A stretch of 64,000 bases of DNA, taken from Dehalococcoidia bacterium. Lineage in GTDB: Bacteria; Chloroflexota; Dehalococcoidia; DSTF01; JACRBR01. The notes beneath the pieces are model-generated. The model did not search any database. It worked only from the letters and a program-made list of their open reading frames with translations, and was not told the DNA's origin. The stretch is from contig DASRHM010000048.1 in assembly GCA_035650575.1 (NCBI GenBank), positions 2,530-66,529 of the forward strand. The letters are read 5' to 3'. Both the position numbers and the translations under genes were made by a program. Numbering within the stretch: position 1 is the stretch's first letter; each line of letters starts with the position of its first letter. This document shows positions 48,094 through 57,490 of the stretch, one piece after another.

Positions 48094-48909
48094 ATGGACT
48101 TCGAGCAGATCCTCTACGAGAAGCAGGACGGCGTGGCCACGATCACGCTCAACCGCCCGGAGCGGATGAACGCCTTCACGGACGTCATGATCCGCGAGTG
48201 GGCGCAGGCCCTGGAGGACGCGCGGGTCGACCGCGACGTGCGCTGCGTGGTGCTCACGGGCAACGGGCGCGGCTTCTGCGCCGGCGCGGACCTGCGCGGC
48301 GGCTCGGGCGTCGGCGAGGCGGCGCGCGCCGAGCGGCCGCCGACGGCCGCCGATCGGCGCAACTGGCTCCGCGACGGCGTCCACCTGGTCGCGCGCGCGG
48401 CGCAACTGCTCGACAAGCCGTACATCGCCGCGGTCAACGGCGCGGCCGTCGGCGCGGGCATGGACATGGCGTCGATGTGCGACCTGCGGTTCGCGTCCGA
48501 GCACGCGCGCTTCGCGATGTCGTACGTGAAGGTCGGCCTCGTGCCGGGCGATGGCGGCTGCTACTTCCTCCCGCGCATCGTCGGCATCGCCCGGGCGCTG
48601 GAGCTCATCTGGACGGGCGACTTCGTCGACGCGAAGGAGGCGCTGCGGATCGGCTACGTCACGCACATCACGTCCGCGGAGGAGCTGATGCCCGAGGTCA
48701 CGGCGTTCGCGCGGAGGCTCGCGGACGGCCCGGCCGTGGCGATGCAGCTCGCGAAGCGGCTGGTCTACCGCGGGCTGGAAGGCGCGAGCTGGCACGAGGC
48801 GTTCGAGATGGCGGGGCAGGCGATGGCGATCGCGCAGGCGACCGAGGACGCGCGCGAAGGCCCCCGCGCGTTCGTCGAAGGCCGCCCGCCGAAGTTCACG
48901 GGGCGGTGA
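48094..48909 (+). CDS. enoyl-CoA hydratase/isomerase (crotonase) family
   Basis: GGGAGGGG SD. ITLNRPERMNAF and GNGRGFCAGADL oxyanion-hole motifs. Confidence 0.85.
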   Translation: MDFEQILYEKQDGVATITLNRPERMNAFTDVMIREWAQALEDARVDRDVRCVVLTGNGRGFCAGADLRGGSGVGEAARAERPPTAADRRNWLRDGVHLVARAAQLLDKPYIAAVNGAAVGAGMDMASMCDLRFASEHARFAMSYVKVGLVPGDGGCYFLPRIVGIARALELIWTGDFVDAKEALRIGYVTHITSAEELMPEVTAFARRLADGPAVAMQLAKRLVYRGLEGASWHEAFEMAGQAMAIAQATEDAREGPRAFVEGRPPKFTGR

Positions 48910-49083
48910 GGCCGGTCGCGCACGGCGGCGTTTCGTCGCCAGTCGCGACCGGTGGGTAGCGGCGGCGGCGAAACCGGGGCGAGGCCCGCGGCGCCGCGCC
49001 GCGCACCGTGCGATCGGCGCGCGGAGCACGAGGGGCGCCTGCTCGCGCAAGCGCCCCTGCGGCCTTCGCCCGAATGCCTGTGG

Positions 49084-50124
49084 CTACGCCGGCACGGCGG
49101 CCGGCTCCGACTCGACGCGCTTGCCCACCGCGTGCGCGACCTTCGTCACGTTCTGCATCACCGTGCCGAACGTATCGAACGTCAGCGACTGCGCGCCGTC
49201 CGACAGCGCGTGGTCGGGGCTCGGGTGCACTTCCAGGATCAGGCCGTCGGCGCCGGCGGCGATCATGCCGCGCCCCACCGGCTCCACGAGGTGCCACTTG
49301 CCCGTGCCGTGGCTCGGGTCGGCGATCACCGGCAGGTGGCTCAGCTCCTTGATCAGCGGGATGGCGTTGATGTCCATCGTGTTGCGCGTCGCCGTCTCGA
49401 ACGTGCGGATCCCGCGCTCGCAGAGGATCACGTTGCGGTTGCCCTTCGCCAGGATGTACTCGGCCGCGAGCAGCCAGTCCATGATCGACGACGACATGCC
49501 GCGCTTGAGCAGCACCGGCAGGCCCGTCTTGGCGACCTCCTCGAGCAAGAAGAAGTTCTGCGCGTTGCGCGTGCCGATCTGCAGCACGTCCGCGTAGCGC
49601 GCGACGAGCTCGACGGTCGGCTCGGACATGACTTCCGTGACGACCGGCAGCCCGGTCTCCTCGCGCGCCTGCACCAGCAGCTTCAGTCCCTGCTCCTCGA
49701 GCCCGCGGAAGCTGTAGGGCGACGTCCGCGGCTTGAAGGCGCCGCCGCGCAGCATCGATGCGCCGCGCTCCTTGACGGCGCGCGCCGTGCTCATGAGCTG
49801 CTCTTCGCTCTCGATCGCGCAGGGGCCGGCGATCACCGTCACCGTGCCCTCGCCGACCTTGACGCCGCGCACCTCGACGATCGTGTCGGCCGGCTTGAAC
49901 TCGCGGCTGCAGAGCTTGTATGGCGCGCTGATGCGCACCGTGCTGTCGACGCCCGGCATCGTCTCCAGGTCATCGGCGAGCTCCGGGTAGACGATGCCGA
50001 CGACGCCGATGACCGTGCGCTCGGCGCCCTCGATCGGGTGGCCGGAGAGGCCGACCTCCTCGAGGCGCCGCATGACGCCATCGAACTCCTCGCGGGAGTA
50101 CCCGGGTTTCATGATCACCATCAT
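49084..50124 (-). CDS. 3-deoxy-7-phosphoheptulonate (DAHP) synthase, class I-beta with N-terminal regulatory domain
   Basis: VIAGPCAIES, KPRTSPYSFRG and LPVVTEV motifs. GGAGGAGG SD. Confidence 0.85.
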   Translation of the reverse strand: MMVIMKPGYSREEFDGVMRRLEEVGLSGHPIEGAERTVIGVVGIVYPELADDLETMPGVDSTVRISAPYKLCSREFKPADTIVEVRGVKVGEGTVTVIAGPCAIESEEQLMSTARAVKERGASMLRGGAFKPRTSPYSFRGLEEQGLKLLVQAREETGLPVVTEVMSEPTVELVARYADVLQIGTRNAQNFFLLEEVAKTGLPVLLKRGMSSSIMDWLLAAEYILAKGNRNVILCERGIRTFETATRNTMDINAIPLIKELSHLPVIADPSHGTGKWHLVEPVGRGMIAAGADGLILEVHPSPDHALSDGAQSLTFDTFGTVMQNVTKVAHAVGKRVESEPAAVPA

Positions 50125-50151
50125 CGTGTCAACCTCCTCCGCGCCGGCGCG

Positions 50152-50529
50152 TTACGCCTGGCCCTGCTGGCCCAGCAGGTCGGGACGCAGGCGCTTCGCC
50201 CCCCGCAGGTATACGAACTCGATCTCGTCGGCAGTCTTCGATGTGTTGACGTGCATCAGGATGCGCAGGCACATCGGCAGGCTGCCCGGGACGTTCATCT
50301 CGTGCGCGCACATGAGGGCGACCTTCGTCCACCCCAGGTCACGCGCGGCCACCGCCGGGAACTCCGCGTCGAGGTCGGGCGTCGTGCTGAAGAAGACGCT
50401 CGCGACATCGTCGCGCTGCACGCCGTTGGCTTCGATGATGGCGGTGAGGAGCTCGGTGGTCGCCTGGAGGATGGCTTCCCGGGTGTTGTGCTCGACCGTC
50501 GTCGCGCCCCGGATCCCCCGCAACCGCAT
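50152..50529 (-). CDS. aroH: chorismate mutase, AroH class
   Basis: MRLRGIRGATTVEHNTREAILQATTELL... closely parallels B. subtilis AroH (MMIRGIRGATTVE...). The N-terminal ORF extension is noise. Confidence 0.8.
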   Translation of the reverse strand: MRLRGIRGATTVEHNTREAILQATTELLTAIIEANGVQRDDVASVFFSTTPDLDAEFPAVAARDLGWTKVALMCAHEMNVPGSLPMCLRILMHVNTSKTADEIEFVYLRGAKRLRPDLLGQQGQA

Positions 50530-50681
50530 CGCCTCGTCCGTACTCCTGCCCGGGCGCCCGGCGGAGGGCGCCTCGCCTTCGGACGTGCCGTCCCGCAGTG
50601 GCGGCCTAGCGGCGTCCAAAGACGCCGGCCGCGGAGGCATAGGCGCGGCCATCGGAGGTCCTGCGGGAACCTTCGCTGGCT

Positions 50682-51485
50682 CTAGACGCTGGCCTCCGTA
50701 CGGCCGGTGAGCACCTCAACATAATCCCGAACCCGTCGTACTCGCTCGTCCTGAGGCGATGACTCTACCAGATCGATAATCGCCGCGCCCACGATGGCGG
50801 CGTCCGCAAGTCCCCGCAGCGCCGCGACGTGTTCGCGCCGCGAGATCCCGAAGCCGACCGCGAGCGGCAGGTCGGTCTTCGCCCGAAGCCGCCCGAGGAA
50901 CCCGGGCAGCTCCTCGGCGAGCTTCGCCCGCGCCCCGGTGACGCCGACCACGCCGACGCAGTAGATGAAACCGCTCGCCCGGGAGACGATCTCATCCAGC
51001 CGTCGGTCGTCGGACGTCGGCGCCGCCAGGTAGATCAGGTCGAGCCCATGGCGGCGGCAGAGCGCCCGAGTGGCGTCGGACTCCTCCGGCGGCAGGTCGA
51101 CGATGATGAACCCGTCGGCCCCGGCCTCTGCGGCGTCCGAGATCAGGCGTTCCTCGCCAAGGGCGAGGAACGTGTTGCAGTATCCCATAAGGACGATCGG
51201 CACTTCAACCCCGGATTGACGTAACCGCCGCACGGCGCCGACGACCGCCGCTGGCGTCGTGCCGTTCTGGAGCGCGCGGTACGACGCCTTCTGGACGCTC
51301 GGGCCGTCGGCGAGCGGGTCGCTGAAGGGCATGCCCAGCTCGAGCCCGTCGGCGCCCGCGTCCACCATCGCCCGGGCCAGCGCGATGCTCGTCTCGTAGT
51401 CGGGGTAGCCGATGGTCTGGAACGGCATGAAGGCCACCCGGCCTTCCGCCCGCGCGGCGGCGAGGCGGGGTCCGATGCGGCTCAC
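50682..51485 (-). CDS. trpA: tryptophan synthase alpha subunit
   Basis: EGRVAFMPF...YPDYETS...ADGLELGMPFSDPLADGP..., plus the GF(G)IS motif. GTG start overlaps the upstream gene's stop (GTGA). No trpB adjacent. Confidence 0.8.
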   Translation of the reverse strand: MSRIGPRLAAARAEGRVAFMPFQTIGYPDYETSIALARAMVDAGADGLELGMPFSDPLADGPSVQKASYRALQNGTTPAAVVGAVRRLRQSGVEVPIVLMGYCNTFLALGEERLISDAAEAGADGFIIVDLPPEESDATRALCRRHGLDLIYLAAPTSDDRRLDEIVSRASGFIYCVGVVGVTGARAKLAEELPGFLGRLRAKTDLPLAVGFGISRREHVAALRGLADAAIVGAAIIDLVESSPQDERVRRVRDYVEVLTGRTEASV

Positions 51486-52315
51486 AGCGGCACCAGGTGG
51501 ATGGTCGCGGCGAGCGGGTGCAGCAACGCCGGCAACGACGGCGCCACCGACTGGTCGCACGAGCCGCCCGCGATGAAGGCGATCGAGACGCTGTTGAACG
51601 CCAGGTGCGCGAGCATGTTCGAAAAGATGTTACCGGAGCGCCAGTACGCGAAGGCGAACACCATGCCGGCGCCGGCTATCGGGATGAAGGACTTGGGGAT
51701 CAGGTGGGCCCCGCCGAACAGGACGCCGCTGAGGACGATGCCGGCGGGGACGCCCCACTTCCGGGCGATGCCGGGGAACATGAAGCCGCGGAAAAACAGC
51801 TCTTCGCAGATCGGCGCGAAGACGATGACGACCACGCTCGCCATCGCCAGCAGCGCCCGCTCATCGCGCACGCCGGACGGGATCTGCTCCGCGCACTTCG
51901 TCTTCAGGAAGTCCAGGTTGAAGAGGTCGATGATGATGCCGTAGATGACGGAGACGATGAACGCCGTCACGAACGCCGCGGCGGCCCAGCCGAGCGTCTC
52001 CCAGCCGGGCGGCTTGAGCCCCAGGCGCTCCAGCCCGCCGCCGTAGCGCATGAACGTCAGCCGCAGCGCGACGAACGCGATCGCCACCTCGACGAGCGCG
52101 CCGGTGACGAACGCGGTGGCGTAGGTCGCGTCGCTCTTGTCGGAGGTCGCGACGATCGCCGGGATGAGGGCGATCTGGCCGGCCACGAACAGCCCGACGA
52201 ACCAGGCGATGCCCTCGATGACATCGCGCAGCCCCCAGTCGATGCGCTGGCCGCCGATCTCGAGCGGGGGTTGGGGCGGTGGCGGAGGGAAGGCCGAATC
52301 CGCGGTGAGAGCCAT
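51482..52315 (-). CDS. CPBP-family intramembrane metalloprotease (CAAX protease-like)
   Basis: EELFFRG and FGGAHL motifs. Multiple TM helices. Confidence 0.75.
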   Translation of the reverse strand: MALTADSAFPPPPPQPPLEIGGQRIDWGLRDVIEGIAWFVGLFVAGQIALIPAIVATSDKSDATYATAFVTGALVEVAIAFVALRLTFMRYGGGLERLGLKPPGWETLGWAAAAFVTAFIVSVIYGIIIDLFNLDFLKTKCAEQIPSGVRDERALLAMASVVVIVFAPICEELFFRGFMFPGIARKWGVPAGIVLSGVLFGGAHLIPKSFIPIAGAGMVFAFAYWRSGNIFSNMLAHLAFNSVSIAFIAGGSCDQSVAPSLPALLHPLAATIHLVPL

Positions 52316-52406
52316 CTGCGGAAAGTATCGCCAATCACCGCCGGGAGCGCGAACCGGGGCGAGGGATGGTGGTCTGGTCGGTGGTCGGCCGCAGGGAGTG
52401 CGCGGG

Positions 52407-53297
52407 CTATGGGTCGAAGCAGGACAGCACCGCGTCCCAGGCCAGCTCGGACGCCACGATGGACAGCACCGCCTCCTCGCCGTCGGCCGGCGGCCCCTCG
52501 TTCGTGCTCACGGCCCACAGCACGTCGCCGTCGCTCAGCGTGTGGAACGGCTCGATGGCGCGCGACATCGACGCGTGCACCTGGCGCGCGATCTGGACCT
52601 GCGCGTGCGGGCGAAGCTGGCGGTCCGTCACTACGAGCGTGAGGGTCGTGTTGCCGGGCGGGGGCGGCGCCGCGTCGCGCGCGACGAGCACATCGCCCGC
52701 GCGCATGCGCACGCCGGACGCCGGCTCGCGGTGACCGCGGACGACCGCCCCGTCGCGCCCGACGATCGCGCCGACCGCGTTCACCACGGTGAACACCGCG
52801 ATGTGCGTGCCCTCGCGCTCCAGGCAGGCCGCGCCCTGCCCGCCCGGCTCGCGCTCGAACGGCGCCGGCAGCGCCTTGCCCACGCTCGCCGAGACGCCGG
52901 CGCCCCGCGCGCCGAGCGGGAAGGCGCCCGCCTGCGCTGCGCGATACGCCGCCGCGCCGAGCGCCTTGTCCGGGTACAGCGCGTTCTGGCGCGGCCGGTA
53001 GTCGAAGATGATCCCGCCGGAGACGAGCGCGATATCGAGCCAGTCGGTGGACCAGCCGCGCTCCGCGAAGATCGCCGAGGAGACGCCGGTCGCGGCCTCG
53101 AGCCCGTACGCGGAGCCCCCGGCGAAGCACAGCGCATCGATCGCCATGCCGCCGGCGTGGTAGGCCTCGGTGAAGATCGTGGCATGGGCGCCCCCGCGGA
53201 CGTCCACCGCCGCCGTTGAGCCGCGCGGGAAGGCGAACACGGTGCAGCCCGTCGGCCCCTCGGCGTACTCGGCGACGCCGACGCGGAGCGAGGGCAT
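52407..53297 (-). CDS. P1-family (DmpA/S58-like) peptidase
   Basis: GPTGCTVF...AVDVRGGAHATIFTEAYHAGG. The ORF extends to 53924, but that part is Arg/Ser noise. Confidence 0.6.
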   Translation of the reverse strand: MPSLRVGVAEYAEGPTGCTVFAFPRGSTAAVDVRGGAHATIFTEAYHAGGMAIDALCFAGGSAYGLEAATGVSSAIFAERGWSTDWLDIALVSGGIIFDYRPRQNALYPDKALGAAAYRAAQAGAFPLGARGAGVSASVGKALPAPFEREPGGQGAACLEREGTHIAVFTVVNAVGAIVGRDGAVVRGHREPASGVRMRAGDVLVARDAAPPPPGNTTLTLVVTDRQLRPHAQVQIARQVHASMSRAIEPFHTLSDGDVLWAVSTNEGPPADGEEAVLSIVASELAWDAVLSCFDP

Positions 53298-53448
53298 GCC
53301 AAGGCCGAGCGTGCGTCCGCCGGACACGATCCGCGGCTGCGGGCGCAGGCTCTCGTTCGACTCGCGCGGTGCGGCTCCGGCCACGTTCCCTCCCTCGTCG
53401 GGGGCGGCTGTCGCGAAGCTACGCGGGCGTCGTCCCGAGCGCAAGCGG

Positions 53449-54294
53449 TCAGCGCGGCAGGATCTCCGAGACCGGCGCGAAGCCGTAGCCCGCCGCGCGC
53501 AGCGCATCGATGACGCGGGGCAGGGCGACCCCGTCCTGCGAGTCCGCGCCCACGTGCATGACGATGATCGCGCCGGGCTCGGCCAGCTGCGCCACGCGCG
53601 CAACGATCTCGTCCGCCGTCGCGCCATTCCATCCGAGCGTGTCGATCGTCCACATGATGATCCAGGGATAGCCGTCGGCGCCCGCGTCCGCCTGCACCGA
53701 TGCGTCGATGTCGCCGTACGGCGGGCGGAACAGCGGGTGCGTCGTGCGGCCGGTGATACGGAAGACCGTCGTCTCCGTGCGCGAAAGCTCGAGGGCGCGC
53801 TCCTCCGCGGTGAGCGCGGGCGCGCCGGTCGAGCGGCCGGTGAACGACGCGTGGTCGTAGGAGTGATTGATGAACTCGTGCCCCTGGGCGGCGATGGCGA
53901 GCAGCAGCTCCGGGTTCTGCTCACCCCATTTCCCCGTGACCCCGAAGCTCGCGCGGATCCCCTGCGCCGCCAGCGTATCGAGGATCTGCGCGGTGAAGCC
54001 GGCGTCGCTGCCGGCGTCGAACGTCAGCGCGACGACGCGCCGCGAGGCGTCGCCGCGGTAGACGAGGCGGGCGGGGCCCGGCGCCGGCGTGGGGCTGGCC
54101 GGTGGCGGTGCGCCCGTCGCGGATGGCTCCGGCTCCGTCGTCGGCGCTGGCGGCGTGGCCGCAGCGGTCCGCGTCGCAAGCGCCGCCGTCGCGCTCGTCG
54201 CGCCGTCGCCGGGCGTCGGGCTGGCGGGGCGCCCGCGGCCGCCGTCGCACGCGACGCCGGCCACGAGCATCGCGCCGGCGAGCAACAACGCCAT
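53449..54294 (-). CDS. polysaccharide deacetylase (NodB-homology) family, secreted, with Pro/Thr-rich linker
   Basis: Signal peptide MALLLAGAMLVAGVAC. NodB motifs TFDAG and HSYDH. The long upstream ORF extension is noise. Confidence 0.7.
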   Translation of the reverse strand: MALLLAGAMLVAGVACDGGRGRPASPTPGDGATSATAALATRTAAATPPAPTTEPEPSATGAPPPASPTPAPGPARLVYRGDASRRVVALTFDAGSDAGFTAQILDTLAAQGIRASFGVTGKWGEQNPELLLAIAAQGHEFINHSYDHASFTGRSTGAPALTAEERALELSRTETTVFRITGRTTHPLFRPPYGDIDASVQADAGADGYPWIIMWTIDTLGWNGATADEIVARVAQLAEPGAIIVMHVGADSQDGVALPRVIDALRAAGYGFAPVSEILPR

Positions 54295-54458
54295 CGCCCT
54301 GCGGCGGCGCCGCGCCCGCCCGCCGCCCGGCGCGCTGAGGATCGACGTTCGTGTCACGCGGTCAGTGTCGCACGCGCGAGCCGCGCCGCGCGCCGCCGTT
54401 GCGCGCGATGCCCGCCGCGGGCGCGCGACCGGCGCACCGCACGAACGGATATGCCCGC

Positions 54459-54719
54459 TCACCCGCCGGCGATCGCCGGCACGATCTGCAGCTCGCTCGC
54501 CGGACCGACCGGCGTGGTGACGTCGTCGGCCTCGTCGCCGTCGATCCAGACCGCGATCTCGGGTCGGATGCGCCCGCCGTCGAGCAGCCGCGCGGCGATG
54601 CCCGGACAGTGCGAATCGAGGTCGTCGATGAGCGCGCGCAGCGTCTCCCCCGTGGCCTCGACCGTGTGCGCCCCGTCGCACAGCGGCCGCAGCAGCGCCG
54701 GGATCCACACCGTCGCCAC
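54459..54719 (-). CDS. MoaD/ThiS-family sulfur-carrier protein (C-terminal GG)
   Basis: 86 aa ending ...QIVPAIAGG. Confidence 0.65.
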   Translation of the reverse strand: MATVWIPALLRPLCDGAHTVEATGETLRALIDDLDSHCPGIAARLLDGGRIRPEIAVWIDGDEADDVTTPVGPASELQIVPAIAGG

Positions 54720-54728
54720 GCGGCGCGC

Positions 54729-56993
54729 CTACGAGAGCCCGGCCGTGGTCTCGAGGATGCGCCGCGGCGACATCGGCAGCTGCGTCTGGCGCACGCCCGT
54801 CGCGCGATAGATCGCGTTCGCGATCGCGGCCAGCGGCGGCACGATCGGCACCTCGCCCACCCCGCGCACGCCGAACGGGTGCCGCGGGTTGGGCACCTCG
54901 ACGATGATCGTCTCGATCATCGGCACGTCGAGCGCGGTCGGCATGCGGTAGTCGAGGAAGCTCGCGTTCGCCATGCGCCCGGCGTCGTCGTACGCGTACT
55001 CCTCGTTCAGCGCCCAGCCGATGCCCTGGACGACGCCGCCCTGCATCTGCCCCTCGACGTACGCCGGGTGGACCGCCGTGCCGGCGTCCTGCACGACGGT
55101 GTAGCGCAGGATCGTCACCTTCCCCGTCTCCGGGTCCACCTCGACGTCCGCGATCTGCGTGCTGAACGCGCCGCCGACCCCGCGCCCGACGACCGAGCCC
55201 GTGGCGACGAGCGGCGCGCCCGTGCGCAGCACCTCGACGGCCATCTCCGCGAAGGTAGCCGACTTCGCGGGGTCGGACGCGCACGTCAGCCGCCCGTCCT
55301 CGTACGCGATGTCCTCCGCCGCCACGCCCCAGTGCTGCGCGGCGCGGGCGACGAGCTGGCGGCGCACCTCCATGCCGGCCTCGTGCACCGCGATGCCGGT
55401 CGCGAACGTCACGCGACTGCCGCCCGTGACGTCGTTGTAGCCCACGGCGTCCGTATCGGCGACGGTCGGCTTCACGGCCTCGACGCCGATGCCCAGCGTC
55501 TCCGCGAGCTGCATCGCGAGCGACGCGCGCGAGCCGCCGATGTCGGTCGAGCCTTCGACCAGGCTCACCGTGCCGTCGCCGTTCACGATCACCGTCACGC
55601 TGGAGCGCATGCCGCCGTTGAACCAGAAGCCCGAAGCGACCCCGCGCCCGCGCGAGGGGCCTTCGAGCGGCGTGTTGTAGTGCGCGGAGGCGAGCGCCGC
55701 CTCGAGGCACTCCTCGTGGCCGATGCGCGGGAACGGGCGGCCGCCGGGGCCGCGGGTGCCCTCGCGCGACGAGTTCTTGAGCCGGAAGCGGAGCGGGTCG
55801 ATCGCGAGCCGCTCCGCCAGCTCGTCGACGACCTGCTCGACCGCGAACGCCGCCGCGGGCGCCCCGGGCGCGCGATAGGCCGCGACCTTCGGCTTGTTCA
55901 CGACGACGTCGTAGCCGTCGATCTTCGAGTTCGCGACGTCGTACGGCGCGAGCGCGGTCATGCAGCCCGCCATCACGGGCGAGCCCGGGTAGGCGCCGGC
56001 TTCGTACACCAGCTCCAGGTCGGCGGCGGTGATCCGCCCGTCCTTCGTCGCGCCCATCTTGACCCGGGCGTGGATGCCGGAGGTCGGCCCGGTGCCCTCG
56101 AACACCTCCGTGCGGTCCATCTGCACCTTCACCGGCCGGCCTGCGCGCTTCGCCAGCAGCGCCGCGACGGGCTCGAGGTAGACGACCGTCTTGCCGCCGA
56201 AGCCGCCGCCGATCTCCGTCGGGATCACGCGGATCTTCGATGGCGGGACATCGAGGATGGCGACGCACTGGTCTCGCACCGTGAAGGCGCCCTGCGTGCA
56301 CGTCCAGATCGTGATCTGCCCGTCGCTCGACCAGGTGGCCGTCGCCGCGTGCGGCTCGATGTACCCCTGGTGGACCATTTTCGTGACGAACTCGCGCTCG
56401 ACGACGACGTCCGCCTCCGCGAACCCCTGCTCGGCGTCGCCCGTGACGAACTGGTAGTGCGCGGCGACGTTGCTCGGGCCGCCGCTCTCGCCCGCCATCG
56501 AGCGCGTGACGCGCCGCTCGTCGAGCAGCGGCGCGTCCGGGCGCATCGCGTCGCGCGCGTCGAGCACCGCCGGCAGGGGCTCGTACTCGACGTGGATGAG
56601 GTCGAGCGCCTCCGCGGCGACATGCGGGCTGACGGCGGCGACCGCGGCGACGGCGTGCCCGCGGTAGAGCGCCTTGTCCTGCGCCAGCACGTTCCCCGAA
56701 AGCTCCCGCATGTTCACGGCGCTCTCGCCGACGTCGGCGACGCGGTCCTCCGCTCCGGGCAGGTCGGCGGCGGTGATCACGGCGTGCACCCCCGGCAGCG
56801 CCTCCGCCCGCGACGTGTCGATGCGCAGGATCCGGGCATGCGCGTGCGGGCTGCGTTTCACCCGGCCGTAGAGCATCCCGGGCAGGCGGATGTCGGCGCC
56901 GAATTGCGCCCGGCCCGTGACCTTGTCGATGCCGTCCGGCCGGAGGGGCCGCGTGCCGATCACCCGGTACGGGCGCGTCGTCTCGGTGGTCAT
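54729..56993 (-). CDS. molybdopterin-binding large subunit of xanthine dehydrogenase / CoxL family
   Basis: 754 aa. GGAAGGAGG SD. Mo-hydroxylase motifs (GGGFGGK, active-site loop VAAYRAPGAP). Confidence 0.88.
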   Translation of the reverse strand: MTTETTRPYRVIGTRPLRPDGIDKVTGRAQFGADIRLPGMLYGRVKRSPHAHARILRIDTSRAEALPGVHAVITAADLPGAEDRVADVGESAVNMRELSGNVLAQDKALYRGHAVAAVAAVSPHVAAEALDLIHVEYEPLPAVLDARDAMRPDAPLLDERRVTRSMAGESGGPSNVAAHYQFVTGDAEQGFAEADVVVEREFVTKMVHQGYIEPHAATATWSSDGQITIWTCTQGAFTVRDQCVAILDVPPSKIRVIPTEIGGGFGGKTVVYLEPVAALLAKRAGRPVKVQMDRTEVFEGTGPTSGIHARVKMGATKDGRITAADLELVYEAGAYPGSPVMAGCMTALAPYDVANSKIDGYDVVVNKPKVAAYRAPGAPAAAFAVEQVVDELAERLAIDPLRFRLKNSSREGTRGPGGRPFPRIGHEECLEAALASAHYNTPLEGPSRGRGVASGFWFNGGMRSSVTVIVNGDGTVSLVEGSTDIGGSRASLAMQLAETLGIGVEAVKPTVADTDAVGYNDVTGGSRVTFATGIAVHEAGMEVRRQLVARAAQHWGVAAEDIAYEDGRLTCASDPAKSATFAEMAVEVLRTGAPLVATGSVVGRGVGGAFSTQIADVEVDPETGKVTILRYTVVQDAGTAVHPAYVEGQMQGGVVQGIGWALNEEYAYDDAGRMANASFLDYRMPTALDVPMIETIIVEVPNPRHPFGVRGVGEVPIVPPLAAIANAIYRATGVRQTQLPMSPRRILETTAGLS

Positions 56994-57490
56994 GCGTGTC
57001 CTCCTTCCGCCGGGGAGGCCTGCTGCAGCTCGGCCGCCGCGTCGAGCACGGCGCGCACGATCTTGTCGTATCCCGTGCACCGGCAGAGGTTCCCGGCGAG
57101 CCAGTGCCGCACGCGGTCCTCCGTCGGCGCCGGTTCGCGGTCGAGCAGCGCCTTCGCCGACATGATGAACCCCGGTGTGCAGATCCCGCACTGCAGCGCC
57201 GCGTTTTCCAGGAAGGCGCGCTGGATCGGGTGCAGGCCGCCGTTCGCGAGCCCCTCGATCGTGCGGACCTCGCGGCCGTCGGCCTCGACGCCGAGGACGA
57301 GGCAGGAGTTGACGAGCGCGCCGTCGAGGATGATGTTGCAGGCGCCGCAGTTGCCGTTGTTGCAGCCTTCCTTCGCGCCGGTCAGTCCCAGCTCGTCGCG
57401 CAGCACCTCGAGCAGGCTCTGGCGTGGCTCGCAGAGGAACTCGACGTCGTCGCCGTTGATGCGCGTGGAAACGCGCGCGCGGCTGCTCAT
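56990..57490 (-). CDS. (2Fe-2S)-binding small subunit (CoxS family)
   Basis: CNNGNCGAC and CGICTPG...CRCTGY cysteine clusters. ATGA coupling to the large subunit. Confidence 0.9.
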   Translation of the reverse strand: MSSRARVSTRINGDDVEFLCEPRQSLLEVLRDELGLTGAKEGCNNGNCGACNIILDGALVNSCLVLGVEADGREVRTIEGLANGGLHPIQRAFLENAALQCGICTPGFIMSAKALLDREPAPTEDRVRHWLAGNLCRCTGYDKIVRAVLDAAAELQQASPAEGGHA

